DNA from: Vulcanimicrobiota bacterium
GTDB lineage: Bacteria > Vulcanimicrobiota > Vulcanimicrobiia > Vulcanimicrobiales > Vulcanimicrobiaceae
Length of the DNA: 64,000 nucleotides
Assembly: GCA_963795855.1 (NCBI GenBank)
Contig: CAWCIZ010000001.1
Span: 448,001 to 512,000 of the forward strand
Reading direction: 5' to 3'
The first letter of the stretch is position 1. Each line of letters opens with the position of its first letter. The notes beneath the pieces were generated by a model. The model did no database searches, was not told the origin of the DNA, and saw only the letters and a list, made by a program, of their open reading frames with translations. The position numbers were made by a program, and so were the translations under genes. Of the stretch, positions 10,739 to 20,439 are shown piece by piece.

Positions 10739-12003
10739 TGCGCGCCGCCGTTCGAGAGCGCTGCAGCCGCGCCGGCACCTTCATGCAGAGCCTTGTCGAG
10801 GTCCCAAATCAAATCGTCCGCATCCTCCAAGCCCACGGAAATCCTGACCATTCCCGGGCTGACGCCGGCTTTACGCATCTCATCGTCGGTCAGCTGGGAA
10901 TGCGTCGTGGAAGCGGGATGGATCACCAGACTCTTCGTATCGCCGACGTTGGCGAGATGCGACCACAGTTCCAGCGCGTCGATGAACCGCCGCCCCGCTT
11001 CGCGGCCGCCGCGCAAGCCGAACGTGAAGATCGACCCCATCGCGGGTTCGTTCACCCATTCCACCTCGTCGCGCGTCCGAAGAAACGCCGCGATTTTTCG
11101 CGCGTTCTCGACGTGCGCCTTCATGCGAATCGGCAGCGTTTCCAGTCCGATCAGCAGCAGCCACGCATCCATCGGAGACATTTGCGATCCGACGTCGCGC
11201 AGTACTTCCGCGCGCGCGCGCATCAAGAACGCGTACTCGCCGAACGTTTCGGTGAAGACCTTGTCATGATAACCGGGGCTCGGCTGCGAGAGCAGCGGAA
11301 ATTTTCCGCTGTCCCATGGGAACTTTCCGGATTCGACGGCGACGCCGCCGATGACGGTTCCGTGGCCCGAGATGAACTTGGTCGCGGAGTGCAGCACTAC
11401 GTCGGCGCCGTGTTCGATCGGCCGGAAAAGCGCGGGGGACGCGAACGTGTTGTCGACGACGAGCGGAATGCCGGCAGCGTGCGCGATCTGGGCAAGGCGG
11501 CCCACGTCGGCCAGCGCGCCCGACGGATTGCCGATCGTTTCCGCAAAGAGCATCTTCGTGTTCGGCGCGATCGCGGCGCGAATGCCGTCGTAGTCGTCGA
11601 CGGGCACGAACGTCGTCTCGATGCCCATGCGTTTGAGCGTGATGCCGAATTGCGTTACCGTGCCGCCGTAAACGTTTTGCGAACTGACGATGTGGTCGCC
11701 GTTTTGCGCGAGCGTCAGCACGACGGCGAGCTGCGCCGCGAGTCCGCTCGAAAAAGCGATCGCGCCGAGGCCGCCTTCCAAACTCGCGACCCGTTCCTCG
11801 AACGAGGCGACGGTCGGATTGCTGATGCGGCTATAGATGTGCCCATAGCTGCGCAACTGAAAGAGCTCGGCCGCCTGCTCGGTCGAACCGAAGACGAAAG
11901 CCGCCGTCTGATAAATTGGAGGGACGCGCGACCCCGTCACGGGATCGGGCGTCGTACCCGCGTGAATGGCGCGCGTGGAGAAGCCGAACTGCCGGTCTTG
12001 CAT
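10735..12003 (-). CDS. metY: O-acetylhomoserine aminocarboxypropyltransferase (sulfhydrylase)
   Basis: PIYQTAAFVF, YSRISNPTV, HSATKFISGHG, HLANVGDTKSLVIHPASTTH. Confidence 0.9.
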   Translation of the reverse strand: MQDRQFGFSTRAIHAGTTPDPVTGSRVPPIYQTAAFVFGSTEQAAELFQLRSYGHIYSRISNPTVASFEERVASLEGGLGAIAFSSGLAAQLAVVLTLAQNGDHIVSSQNVYGGTVTQFGITLKRMGIETTFVPVDDYDGIRAAIAPNTKMLFAETIGNPSGALADVGRLAQIAHAAGIPLVVDNTFASPALFRPIEHGADVVLHSATKFISGHGTVIGGVAVESGKFPWDSGKFPLLSQPSPGYHDKVFTETFGEYAFLMRARAEVLRDVGSQMSPMDAWLLLIGLETLPIRMKAHVENARKIAAFLRTRDEVEWVNEPAMGSIFTFGLRGGREAGRRFIDALELWSHLANVGDTKSLVIHPASTTHSQLTDDEMRKAGVSPGMVRISVGLEDADDLIWDLDKALHEGAGAAAALSNGGAQ

Positions 12004-12065
12004 GGTCGCGCGTTCTTCGACTCGAAGGCGTGCGTACCCCAGGTTTCAACACAGGAGATGCAGTT

Positions 12066-13349
12066 ATGGGCATGACCCTGACCGAGAAGATCCTCGCGCG
12101 CCACGCGGGGCTGACTTCGGTCGAGCCGGGCCAGATCATCAACGCCGGAGTGGATTTGGTGCTCGCCAACGAGCTTTCCGCGGCGGTGGCGATCGGTGTG
12201 ATGCGCAACATCAAAGGCGCGAAGCGTGTTTTCGACTCGGAAAAGATTGCGCTCGTGGAAGACCATTTCGTTCCGGCGAAGGACGCGCAGTCGGCGAAAA
12301 TTGCGAAACTGATGAAAGACTTCGCGCGCGAGCAAAACATCAAGCACTTCTTCGACGTCGGCCGCGGGGGCATCGAACACGTCGTGCTTCCGGAGGAAGG
12401 GCTCGTCGCTCCGGGCGAGCTGATCGTGGGCGGCGACTCGCACACGTGCACGTACGGCGCCTTCGGCGCGTTCGCGACGGGCATGGGGTCGACCGACATC
12501 GCCGCTGCGTTCCTCTTGGGTGAAGTGTGGCTGAAAGTGCCGGCGACGATCAAACTGATCTACAACGGCCGGCTCGGCGAGATGGTCTACGCGAAAGACG
12601 TGATGCTAAAAACGGTCGGCGTGCTCGGTATCGACGGCGCGACGTATCGTGCAATCGAGTACCACGGCAGCACCGTCGACGAGCTTTCCATCACCGGTCG
12701 CATCACGATGGCGAACATGGCGATCGAAGCGGGAGCGAAGAACGGCATCTTCCATGCCGATGCGAAAACGATTGCGTTCGTCAAGGAGCGTACGAGCCGC
12801 GATTTCGTCGTCGAACGCGCGGATGACGATGCGGTCTACGAGCGCACCGTCGAGATCGACGTCGACGGGCTCGAGCCGCAGGTAGCGTGCCCGCACACGC
12901 CGGACAACGTGCATTCGATCTCCGAGGTCACGAACGAGCGCGTCCCGCTGGATCAAGTTTTCATCGGCTCGTGCACCAACGGGTACATCGAAGATCTCCG
13001 CGTCGTCGCAAAGATGTTCGACGGTAAGAAGATTTCGCCGAACCTGCGCGTGATCGTGAACCCGGGCTCGCAAAAAGTCTGGATGCAAGCCGCGCAGGAA
13101 GGCATCCTCACCACGCTGGCATCGGCGGGGTGTGTAGTGAACACGCCCGGATGCGGCGCGTGCTTCGGCGGCCATATGGGCACGCTGGGCGACGGCGAGC
13201 GGTGCATTTCGACGACGAACCGCAATTACGTCGGACGCATGGGATCTCCGAAAGCCGAAGTCTTTCTCGCGTCGCCCGCTACGTGCGCCGCATCGGCTTT
13301 GGCCGGCGTCATTACCGATCCGCGCACGCTGGCTCCGGTGGGGGTGTAA
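12066..13349 (+). CDS. leuC: 3-isopropylmalate dehydratase (or homoaconitase) large subunit
   Basis: MGMTLTEKILA start; GDSHTCT, IGSCTNG, PGCGACFG, STTNRNYVGRMG. Confidence 0.88.
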   Translation: MGMTLTEKILARHAGLTSVEPGQIINAGVDLVLANELSAAVAIGVMRNIKGAKRVFDSEKIALVEDHFVPAKDAQSAKIAKLMKDFAREQNIKHFFDVGRGGIEHVVLPEEGLVAPGELIVGGDSHTCTYGAFGAFATGMGSTDIAAAFLLGEVWLKVPATIKLIYNGRLGEMVYAKDVMLKTVGVLGIDGATYRAIEYHGSTVDELSITGRITMANMAIEAGAKNGIFHADAKTIAFVKERTSRDFVVERADDDAVYERTVEIDVDGLEPQVACPHTPDNVHSISEVTNERVPLDQVFIGSCTNGYIEDLRVVAKMFDGKKISPNLRVIVNPGSQKVWMQAAQEGILTTLASAGCVVNTPGCGACFGGHMGTLGDGERCISTTNRNYVGRMGSPKAEVFLASPATCAASALAGVITDPRTLAPVGV

Positions 13350-13351
13350 CC

Positions 13352-13864
13352 GTGGAAAAATCGATGAAAGGCCACGCGCACAAATACGGCAAGAACGTCG
13401 ACACGGACGTCATCATCCCGGGCAAATACTGCAACATCATCGATCCTGCCGAACTCGGCAAGCACGCACTCGAGGGACTCGACGCCGACTACACGGCGAA
13501 AATGAAGCCCGGCGACATCATCGTCGCCGACTCGAACTTCGGATGCGGCTCCAGCCGAGAGGTCGCGCCGATTGCGATCAAAGGGTCCGGAACGTCGGCG
13601 GTCATCGCGAAAAGTTTTGCGCGCATTTTTTACCGGAACGCGCTGAACATCGGTTTGCCGATCTTCGAATCGCCGGAAGCCGTCGACGGTATCGAAAGCG
13701 GTGATGAAATCGAAGTCGAGCCCGCCGGCGGCGTGATTCGCAATCTCACGAAAGGCACGACTTATAACGCGGCAGCGTTTCCTCCGTTCATGCAGTCGCT
13801 GATCGAGGCCGGAGGATTGCAGCCGTACGTGGAGCGGCGCCTGGCGGAGCGCGCCCGTGTGTGA
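13352..13864 (+). CDS. leuD: 3-isopropylmalate dehydratase (or homoaconitase) small subunit
   Basis: [30 protein letters not shown]. Confidence 0.88.
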   Translation: MEKSMKGHAHKYGKNVDTDVIIPGKYCNIIDPAELGKHALEGLDADYTAKMKPGDIIVADSNFGCGSSREVAPIAIKGSGTSAVIAKSFARIFYRNALNIGLPIFESPEAVDGIESGDEIEVEPAGGVIRNLTKGTTYNAAAFPPFMQSLIEAGGLQPYVERRLAERARV

Positions 13865-13970
13865 AGCGTGTCCTCGCGGCACGCGCTGTGGTGACGCTGC
13901 GCGATAGACTACGTCATTCGCGAAGCGAGTTCGCGTATGACGGCGCTCACGAAGGAGCCGTGACCTTCGC

Positions 13971-14495
13971 TTAGGGTGTGCCGCCGATACCGGGATTGGG
14001 ACTTAGATTGTCGATCCACTTGTACTTCGGCCGGTAAGCCGCCGTGAATCCGACTGTGTCTTTCGCCGAATCGATCGTACCGGCCATATCCATCGCGCTC
14101 TCGACGTTCGCGCTGAACACCAGCGCGCTTCCATCGGACATGGACACCACGAGGTGCACGTCCTTGCCGTCCACCGTTCCGGTGAGCGGATACCTCTTGC
14201 CTTTCGCATCGAGGTACTGACCGGTCAGCGCGCTGCCTTTTTGATCGAGCTTGAAATGCGTGTACACAGTCGAGGCCGGCTGCTGGATCTGCACTTCCCA
14301 CACGCCTGAAATTCCGACGCGTTTATCGTCCGCGTCCTTCGGGGGCGCCGGCGTAGCCGTTGCCTTTACCGCGGGTGTCGCGGTCGGCATCGGGAGCGAC
14401 GAAGGCATGGTTTGCGCGGCGACGAGCCCGTAGGCCGTCTGCGCCAAGCCGACGGCGATGGCAGCGGACGCCACGGAAAGGAAGAGGCGCTTCAC
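13971..14495 (-). CDS. Hypothetical secreted protein
   Basis: GTG 14495 after a GGAG SD; signal-like N-terminus, PT linker, beta-rich domain (ISGVWEV). Confidence 0.65.
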   Translation of the reverse strand: MKRLFLSVASAAIAVGLAQTAYGLVAAQTMPSSLPMPTATPAVKATATPAPPKDADDKRVGISGVWEVQIQQPASTVYTHFKLDQKGSALTGQYLDAKGKRYPLTGTVDGKDVHLVVSMSDGSALVFSANVESAMDMAGTIDSAKDTVGFTAAYRPKYKWIDNLSPNPGIGGTP

Positions 14496-14526
14496 GGTAG
14501 ATGGATACTCCTTTTGACCGGGTGTA

Positions 14527-15069
14527 CTACGATGCGGATGGCGCCGGTTCCGGCGAGGGGCTCGCTTGACCGGAGGGCGTATCGGACGGGATGCGCCGCG
14601 GCTCGTTCTGCAGCAGCGGAATACGATGCGGTGCAACGCCGTGGAACTGCAGAAGCGCAGCGACCTTGTGCGCATCGGCGGCCAGCGCAATCGTGAATCC
14701 GCCGCCGGGGCACTCGAGATCCGATGACGTCCACCCATGGTAACGCACCACCGTGCTCGTGCCGAACGAGGCGCTCTTCTCGCATGGCCGAGCGATTTCG
14801 CGATTCGCTCGGGCTTGTTTCGCATCGTTCAAGAAACGCTGCGCGAGCGCTTGCGGTATATGGCCGGCGACGGGCGAGTCGAGTGCTATTCCGCCGCGTC
14901 GCGAGTGTACGGCCGATGTCGATCCGTCCGACCACACTTTGATCGTATAACCGGAAAAGTTCGTCGATCCGGTGTTTTGAATGATCCCGCCGTCACGCAT
15001 CGGCGCGGCGCTTGCAGCCGCCAAACCAAGCGTCAGCGCCGTGAAAACGGCCGCTACCTGTCGTTTCAT
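14527..15069 (-). CDS. Hypothetical secreted protein
   Basis: MKRQVAAVF..ASA signal peptide; NTGSTN motif, two Cys. Confidence 0.65.
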   Translation of the reverse strand: MKRQVAAVFTALTLGLAAASAAPMRDGGIIQNTGSTNFSGYTIKVWSDGSTSAVHSRRGGIALDSPVAGHIPQALAQRFLNDAKQARANREIARPCEKSASFGTSTVVRYHGWTSSDLECPGGGFTIALAADAHKVAALLQFHGVAPHRIPLLQNEPRRIPSDTPSGQASPSPEPAPSAS

Positions 15070-15188
15070 GTCCAGTGAACGAACCCCCGAGTGCAAATGT
15101 TGCGCTCTTCACAATTCGACGGCATGGCCGGAACATACCGGTTCAGAAGAACTATGGTGCACTACTGCGACACGTTGAGGAGTTTCCT

Positions 15189-16568
15189 TTGAGAACCCGT
15201 CTCTTAGCGATTGGGCTGGCTGCCATATCGGCGGCCCTCGTTGCTTGTGGGGGCGGCGGCGGTACCACCGGCACGCCGCCAACGCCCGTAGCGACCGCGA
15301 CTCCGACTCCGACACCCGCGCCCACGCCTGACAACGCGTTCGGCTGCGTCGGCCAAGCGCCATTCGCCATCTCGCGGCGCACCAGCAGCCTCGTGCCGCG
15401 GCCAATAACTTCCGGCGACTCCTTCGCCTACGCCGGGTCCCTTCAGGAAACGTACGCTCAGAGTTCGCCGTGCCCCGAGCCGACGTCGACCTCGGCGGCG
15501 GCCGTTTCCATGCAAGTGACGGATTCGGCGACGAGCGCGCCCGGCGGCGGCAGCGCAACGGCTTCGACCTCCGCTGAAACGGACGCGTTCGCCACACACA
15601 CGAGCGATTCGTCGACGACGCAGCTGCTGCAGCTCAGCGGCAGCGCGCTGCTGCTCTACTCCACGAATTCCAACGACGGTACGGGAAACTCGATCGCAAC
15701 TGCGTACGGCACGCCGCAAGAGATCGACGACCTTGGCGCGGGCGGGTCGTGGAGCAACAACCCGGCGGCCACCGTCGCGGAAAGCCTTTCGGACGGGAGT
15801 TCGATTGCGCGCACGCTCGCCTCCGACGGATCGTACACCGACACGCAAACCTACTCGAACGGCGCGACGGCGGTAGCCACGGTGAACGGCGCTGCGAACG
15901 GCAAGCCGCTCGACGGATCCGGCACGTACGTCTTCGCCGGCATAACGTTTTCGTACGCGGCGCCCGCCGGCGGGAACATCCAACTCACGATTTCGAGCCC
16001 CGGAAACGCCTCGAAAACGCGCACCTTCCCGGCATGGTTTACGAAACCGTCGTCGAGCTACGTGAGCGACGCGTTCGCGGACAATGGAACCAAGCCGTTC
16101 GATCCGTCGTGCGGCAGCGTCCCCGCATCGATTGGAACGAGCGGAACGCAGATCGTCGAGACGTACAACGTCCTCGATCCCGTCCTTGGTTACACCGAAA
16201 CGCGCACGACGACGTCGTACGACGTGTCGGGATACGGCCCGGCTTGCGTCACGATCGCGGACGTCGTGAACTCGTTTTACGATTACTCGGACGACACGAC
16301 GCGCGTGGATTACCAATCCCAAAACGGCCAGCCGAACTCGGTCGATACGATCGCCGAAACGCTGAGCATGCAGAGTGCGGCTTGCGGCAGCGGATCTGCG
16401 CCTTGCGCGCAGCTGCGCCGGGCCGAAGATACGCGGCCGGTTTCTCCCGGCGCGATCCGAGCCGCCGTGGCGGCCATCGAGCATACGCGCGCCGTGCAGC
16501 GCGCGGCACGTCTGCAAGCGCTGCACGCGCTCGCACGGCAATTCGTCCAGAAAGGATCGCTCCGATGA
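15189..16568 (+). CDS. Hypothetical Ser/Thr-rich lipoprotein
   Basis: GAGGAG SD then TTG; LVAC-GGGGG lipobox and PT linker; ATGA overlap with the next gene. Confidence 0.7.
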   Translation: MRTRLLAIGLAAISAALVACGGGGGTTGTPPTPVATATPTPTPAPTPDNAFGCVGQAPFAISRRTSSLVPRPITSGDSFAYAGSLQETYAQSSPCPEPTSTSAAAVSMQVTDSATSAPGGGSATASTSAETDAFATHTSDSSTTQLLQLSGSALLLYSTNSNDGTGNSIATAYGTPQEIDDLGAGGSWSNNPAATVAESLSDGSSIARTLASDGSYTDTQTYSNGATAVATVNGAANGKPLDGSGTYVFAGITFSYAAPAGGNIQLTISSPGNASKTRTFPAWFTKPSSSYVSDAFADNGTKPFDPSCGSVPASIGTSGTQIVETYNVLDPVLGYTETRTTTSYDVSGYGPACVTIADVVNSFYDYSDDTTRVDYQSQNGQPNSVDTIAETLSMQSAACGSGSAPCAQLRRAEDTRPVSPGAIRAAVAAIEHTRAVQRAARLQALHALARQFVQKGSLR

Positions 16569-18725
16569 ACAAGCGATTGATCGCAGCGGGCGCAGCGATG
16601 GCGCTTTTGGCGACCGCCGCTTGCGGCGGACACGGCGGAACGCCGTCGGACTCGCAGTTGCCGCCCCTCGCCGGCTCGAGCGGTCCTTCCGCATTCGATT
16701 GGGGCAAGAACGAAGTCGACGGTGCGACCCTTCTCGGTCCCGCGCAACTCGCGCACATGCAGGCGATGGTCGTGATGAACGCTCCCGGTGCGCAGGCTCT
16801 CGCGAATTACGCGCAGCAGGTCAGCGATCCGGCGTCGCCGGCGTATCGTCACTATCTCATCCCGGCCGAAATCGGCGCGCGCTTCGGCGCGAGCTCGCAA
16901 ACCTACCAAAAGATCGCAAATTATTTCGTCGGTAACGGCTTGCGCGTTGCCGGGTGGCCGCAGCGCCTTTCGATGAGCGTTGCCGGTTCGCAATCCGCGA
17001 TGGAATCCGCCTTCGGAACCAAGTTTGGGTTGTACGAAAAGGACGGACAGCACTTCGTCGCGCCCATGACGACGCCGCATTTCGCGACGGCGTTGCCGGT
17101 GAGCGCCGTGGAGAATCTCGTCACGCTGCATCCGCTGCATGACTTCTTGATTCACTTGCCCCCACGCGCCGGAGCCGGAACGAATACCGGATACTCGCCG
17201 CAGCAGATCCGTAACGCATTCGACTTTTCCGGCGCTTACAGCGCCGGCTACACCGGCAGCGGCATCACCGTCGGCATCATCGGCACCGGCCCAATCGACG
17301 TCAATCGCGGCACCTGGTGCGGCGATCGCGATCTCGCGGCATTGCAGGCGTTGTACGGCAACGTGAGTGCCGCTACCGTTTGCGAAGCCAACGTTACCCC
17401 GACGAGCGTCTCCGCGGGACTCGTCGCCTCGGGGATTCCAACCGCAGCTCCGGCAACGCCGAATCCGCATGCGACGCCTGCGCCCAATCCCGGCCAATCG
17501 CCGACGTCCGAGTTTCCATACTCGGGCGACTTCACGACACCGCCGCCGGTAACGGACGGATGCACCGGCTCGCTGCCGAGTTGCAATCCGGAAGACGGCG
17601 AAGCGCAGCTCGACACGCAGCAAATAGCAACGCTCGCGCCCAGTTCGACCGTAAACTTTTACCTCGCTTATAACGCATCGGACTGCTTCGTGTTCTATCC
17701 GAACGCGTGCGCCTCGCCGGCGCCGAGTCCGCTTCCGTCCGGTTTCTCGAACTACGGTCAGCCGCAAATCGGCATCGTCGAAGCCGATGCGGAGATCCAG
17801 CAAGCAATTGCCGACAACAGTGCGGACGTGGTTTCGTTGAGTTACGGCGGCGGCGAACCGCAGCTCGTCGGCTCCGAATTCAACTCGTCGGGCGTTGGTT
17901 TCGTCCCTGAAGAATTTGCGGCACTCGCGGCGGAAGGCATCGCCGTTTTCATTTCATCCGGCGACAGCGGCTCCGCGGAATGTTCCGGAAGCAGCGGTCC
18001 GCTCGCGGAACAATGCGCGGCATACCCTTCGGGCGACGTCAACGTGACGTCCGTTGGCGGGGTGAATGCGCCGATCAACGAGTTCGGGCAGACTCACGAA
18101 TAACGTGACGGCATGGGGCGTGACGACGATGCTGGGATCGGCGGGATCCGGGGGCGGCGTTTCGACGATCTTCCATGCTCCGTCGTGGCAACAGCAGGCC
18201 GTCGGCGCTTCGATGCGCACGCAGCCCGACGTGTCGATGCTGGGCGACCCTGACACCGGAGTAACGACGTACCAGGACGCCGGTTTCTCGGACGGCGGCA
18301 CGGGCCTGGTCGGCGGAACCAGCCTTTCCGCGCCGCAGATGGCTGCGATGTGGGCGCTGGTGCTGCAGGCCTGCAAAGCGTCGGTAACTTGCGCGACGGC
18401 GGGCGGCGCGCATCCATATCGCCTCGGCAATGCCGCGCCGTACCTCTACGCAATCTACTCATCGCGCGTGGCGTACCACGCGTTCACACCGCATCTTTCG
18501 TATGCGCAGACGTTCTACGACGTGCTGTACGGCTCAAACGCGATGACGCCCCCGGGCAGCGCCACGCCGGTGCCGGGAGAGAAGGCGATGACCGGATACG
18601 ACGAGGTCACCGGCGTGGGCGTTCCGTTTGCGGGGCACCTCATTCAAGCGGTGACCGGGCAGGTCGCGCCGTCACTCCGGCAAGCGGCGGCCCTTGCCAC
18701 GGCTGCTATAATGGAACGGCTGTGA
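16565..18725 (+). CDS. S53 (sedolisin/kumamolisin) peptidase with pro-domain, lipoprotein; frameshift near 18095
   Basis: TAAC-GG lipobox; pro-domain [46 protein letters not shown]. Confidence 0.88.
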
Positions 18726-18988
18726 AAGAGAAGATTCATCCCAAGTGGTTCCCGGAGGCGAAGGTTCACTGCGCCTGCGGCAACACTTTTACGACCGGTT
18801 CGACCATGCCCGAGATTGCCGTCGAGATCTGTTCGGCGTGCCATCCGCTGTTCACCGGCCAGCAGAAGTTCGTCGATACGGCAGGCCGCGTCGACAAGTT
18901 TCGCCAGCGCGAAGAGATCGCCAAAAAGAAGCAGCAAGAGGCTGCGGCTCGCAAGGCCAAGCGGGAAGCCGACAAAGTCGAAGCTTAA
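18722..18988 (+). CDS. rpmE: 50S ribosomal protein L31 (Zn-binding type)
   Basis: [36 protein letters not shown]. Confidence 0.96.
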   Translation: MKEKIHPKWFPEAKVHCACGNTFTTGSTMPEIAVEICSACHPLFTGQQKFVDTAGRVDKFRQREEIAKKKQQEAAARKAKREADKVEA

Positions 18989-19003
18989 CGCGTTAGGAGT
19001 ATT

Positions 19004-19037
19004 CGAAAGCGGGCCCATTGGGCTCGCTTTTGCTTTT
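19004..19037 (+). terminator. Intrinsic terminator after rpmE
   Basis: AAAGCGGGCCC-att-GGGCTCGCTTT stem followed by T-rich tail. Confidence 0.75.
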
Positions 19038-19289
19038 CGTCAGTATGTAGCATGCAAGCGCCCTCGGGGAGAGTTCATTCGGCCAGAACGCTTTCCGGCG
19101 CCCGAATGTGGGGGCCCCACGAAGTGGGGGGCGCGCAGGCTAGGCCGGAGCGCCGCTGTTTTTGGTAGTATGCACCATGCAAGCGCCCTCGGGGAGAGTT
19201 CATTCGGCCAGAACGCTTTCCGGCGCCCGAATTTGGGGGCCCCACGAAGTGGGGGGCGCGCAGGCTAGGCCGGAGCGCCTTTTAAAATG
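19031..19289 (+). repeat. Two tandem copies (125-bp period) of a GC-rich palindromic element ending at the prfA start codon
   Basis: CATGCAAGCGCCCTCGGGGAGAG...GGAGCGCC starts at 19051 and 19176, near identical. Confidence 0.95.
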
Positions 19290-20375
19290 ACCAGCCTTTA
19301 CGATCGTTTGGAAACCATCGCGAAACGCTTCGACGAAATCGAAGCGGAACTCGCGCATCCCCCCGGCGGCTTCGACCAAACGCGCTACACCGCGCTCGTC
19401 AAAGAGCGGGCAGCGATCGAAGAGACCGTATCGGTATACCGCCGTTATAAGAAAACGCTCGAGGAAATCGCCGCGAACGAAGAGCTGCTCAAGGACCGCA
19501 GCGATGCGGACATGCATCAGCTCGCGGAAGAAGAAGCGCAAGCCCTTCGCGAGCGCCGGGAGCAGTTGCATGCCGACCTGCAGCAGCTGATGATCCCGAA
19601 GGATCCGGATGACGAAAAGGACGTCTTCATCGAGATTCGCGCCGGTGCCGGGGGCGACGAAGCCGCGATTTTCGCCGGCGATCTCGCGCGCATGTACATG
19701 CGGTATGCGGAAGCGCAGCGGATGAAGGTGGAACTCGTTTCCCAGAGCGAGAGCGACGCCGGCGGCTATAAAGAGATCGTGTTCGCCGTCAAAGCGAACG
19801 CACCGTACAAGAACTTCAAGCATGAATCGGGCGTGCACCGCGTGCAGCGCGTGCCGGTTACGGAATCGCAGGGGCGCGTTCACACGAGTACCGCAACGGT
19901 CGCGGTGCTGCCGCAAGTCGAAGAAGACGTGGACGTGGAGATCAATCCCGCGGACTTGCAGATCGACACGTACAAATCCAGCGGCGCCGGCGGTCAATAC
20001 GTCAACAAGACGGAATCCGCAATTCGCATCACGCACGTGCCGACCGGACTCGTCGTCGCTTCGCAGCAGGAGCGCTCGCAAATTCAGAATCGCGCGAAAG
20101 CGATGGAGATGCTGCGGGCGATGCTGTACGATCGCAAGCGCCGCGAGGCCGAAGAAGCGATGGGTTCGATGCGCCGCAGCCAGGTCGGCACGGGCGACCG
20201 GTCGGAAAAGATTCGCACCTATAATTTTCCGCAAGACCGCATCACGGATCACCGCATCAACCAGAACTTCGGCAACATCCGCGGAATCATGGACGGCGAC
20301 ATGGGGCACATCGTCGAGGAACTGCTCAAGGACGAACGCGCTCGGGCGCTGGCGGGCGAAGGTTCTGCGGCTTAG
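19287..20375 (+). CDS. prfA: Peptide chain release factor 1
   Basis: PVT recognition motif (RVPVTE), [23 protein letters not shown]. Confidence 0.97.
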   Translation: MTSLYDRLETIAKRFDEIEAELAHPPGGFDQTRYTALVKERAAIEETVSVYRRYKKTLEEIAANEELLKDRSDADMHQLAEEEAQALRERREQLHADLQQLMIPKDPDDEKDVFIEIRAGAGGDEAAIFAGDLARMYMRYAEAQRMKVELVSQSESDAGGYKEIVFAVKANAPYKNFKHESGVHRVQRVPVTESQGRVHTSTATVAVLPQVEEDVDVEINPADLQIDTYKSSGAGGQYVNKTESAIRITHVPTGLVVASQQERSQIQNRAKAMEMLRAMLYDRKRREAEEAMGSMRRSQVGTGDRSEKIRTYNFPQDRITDHRINQNFGNIRGIMDGDMGHIVEELLKDERARALAGEGSAA

Positions 20376-20439
20376 CCGGGAAGCGGGCGCCCGGCGTCGA
20401 ACCAAACGTCGACGGGACGCGCTCAAGGATGGGGCTCCA

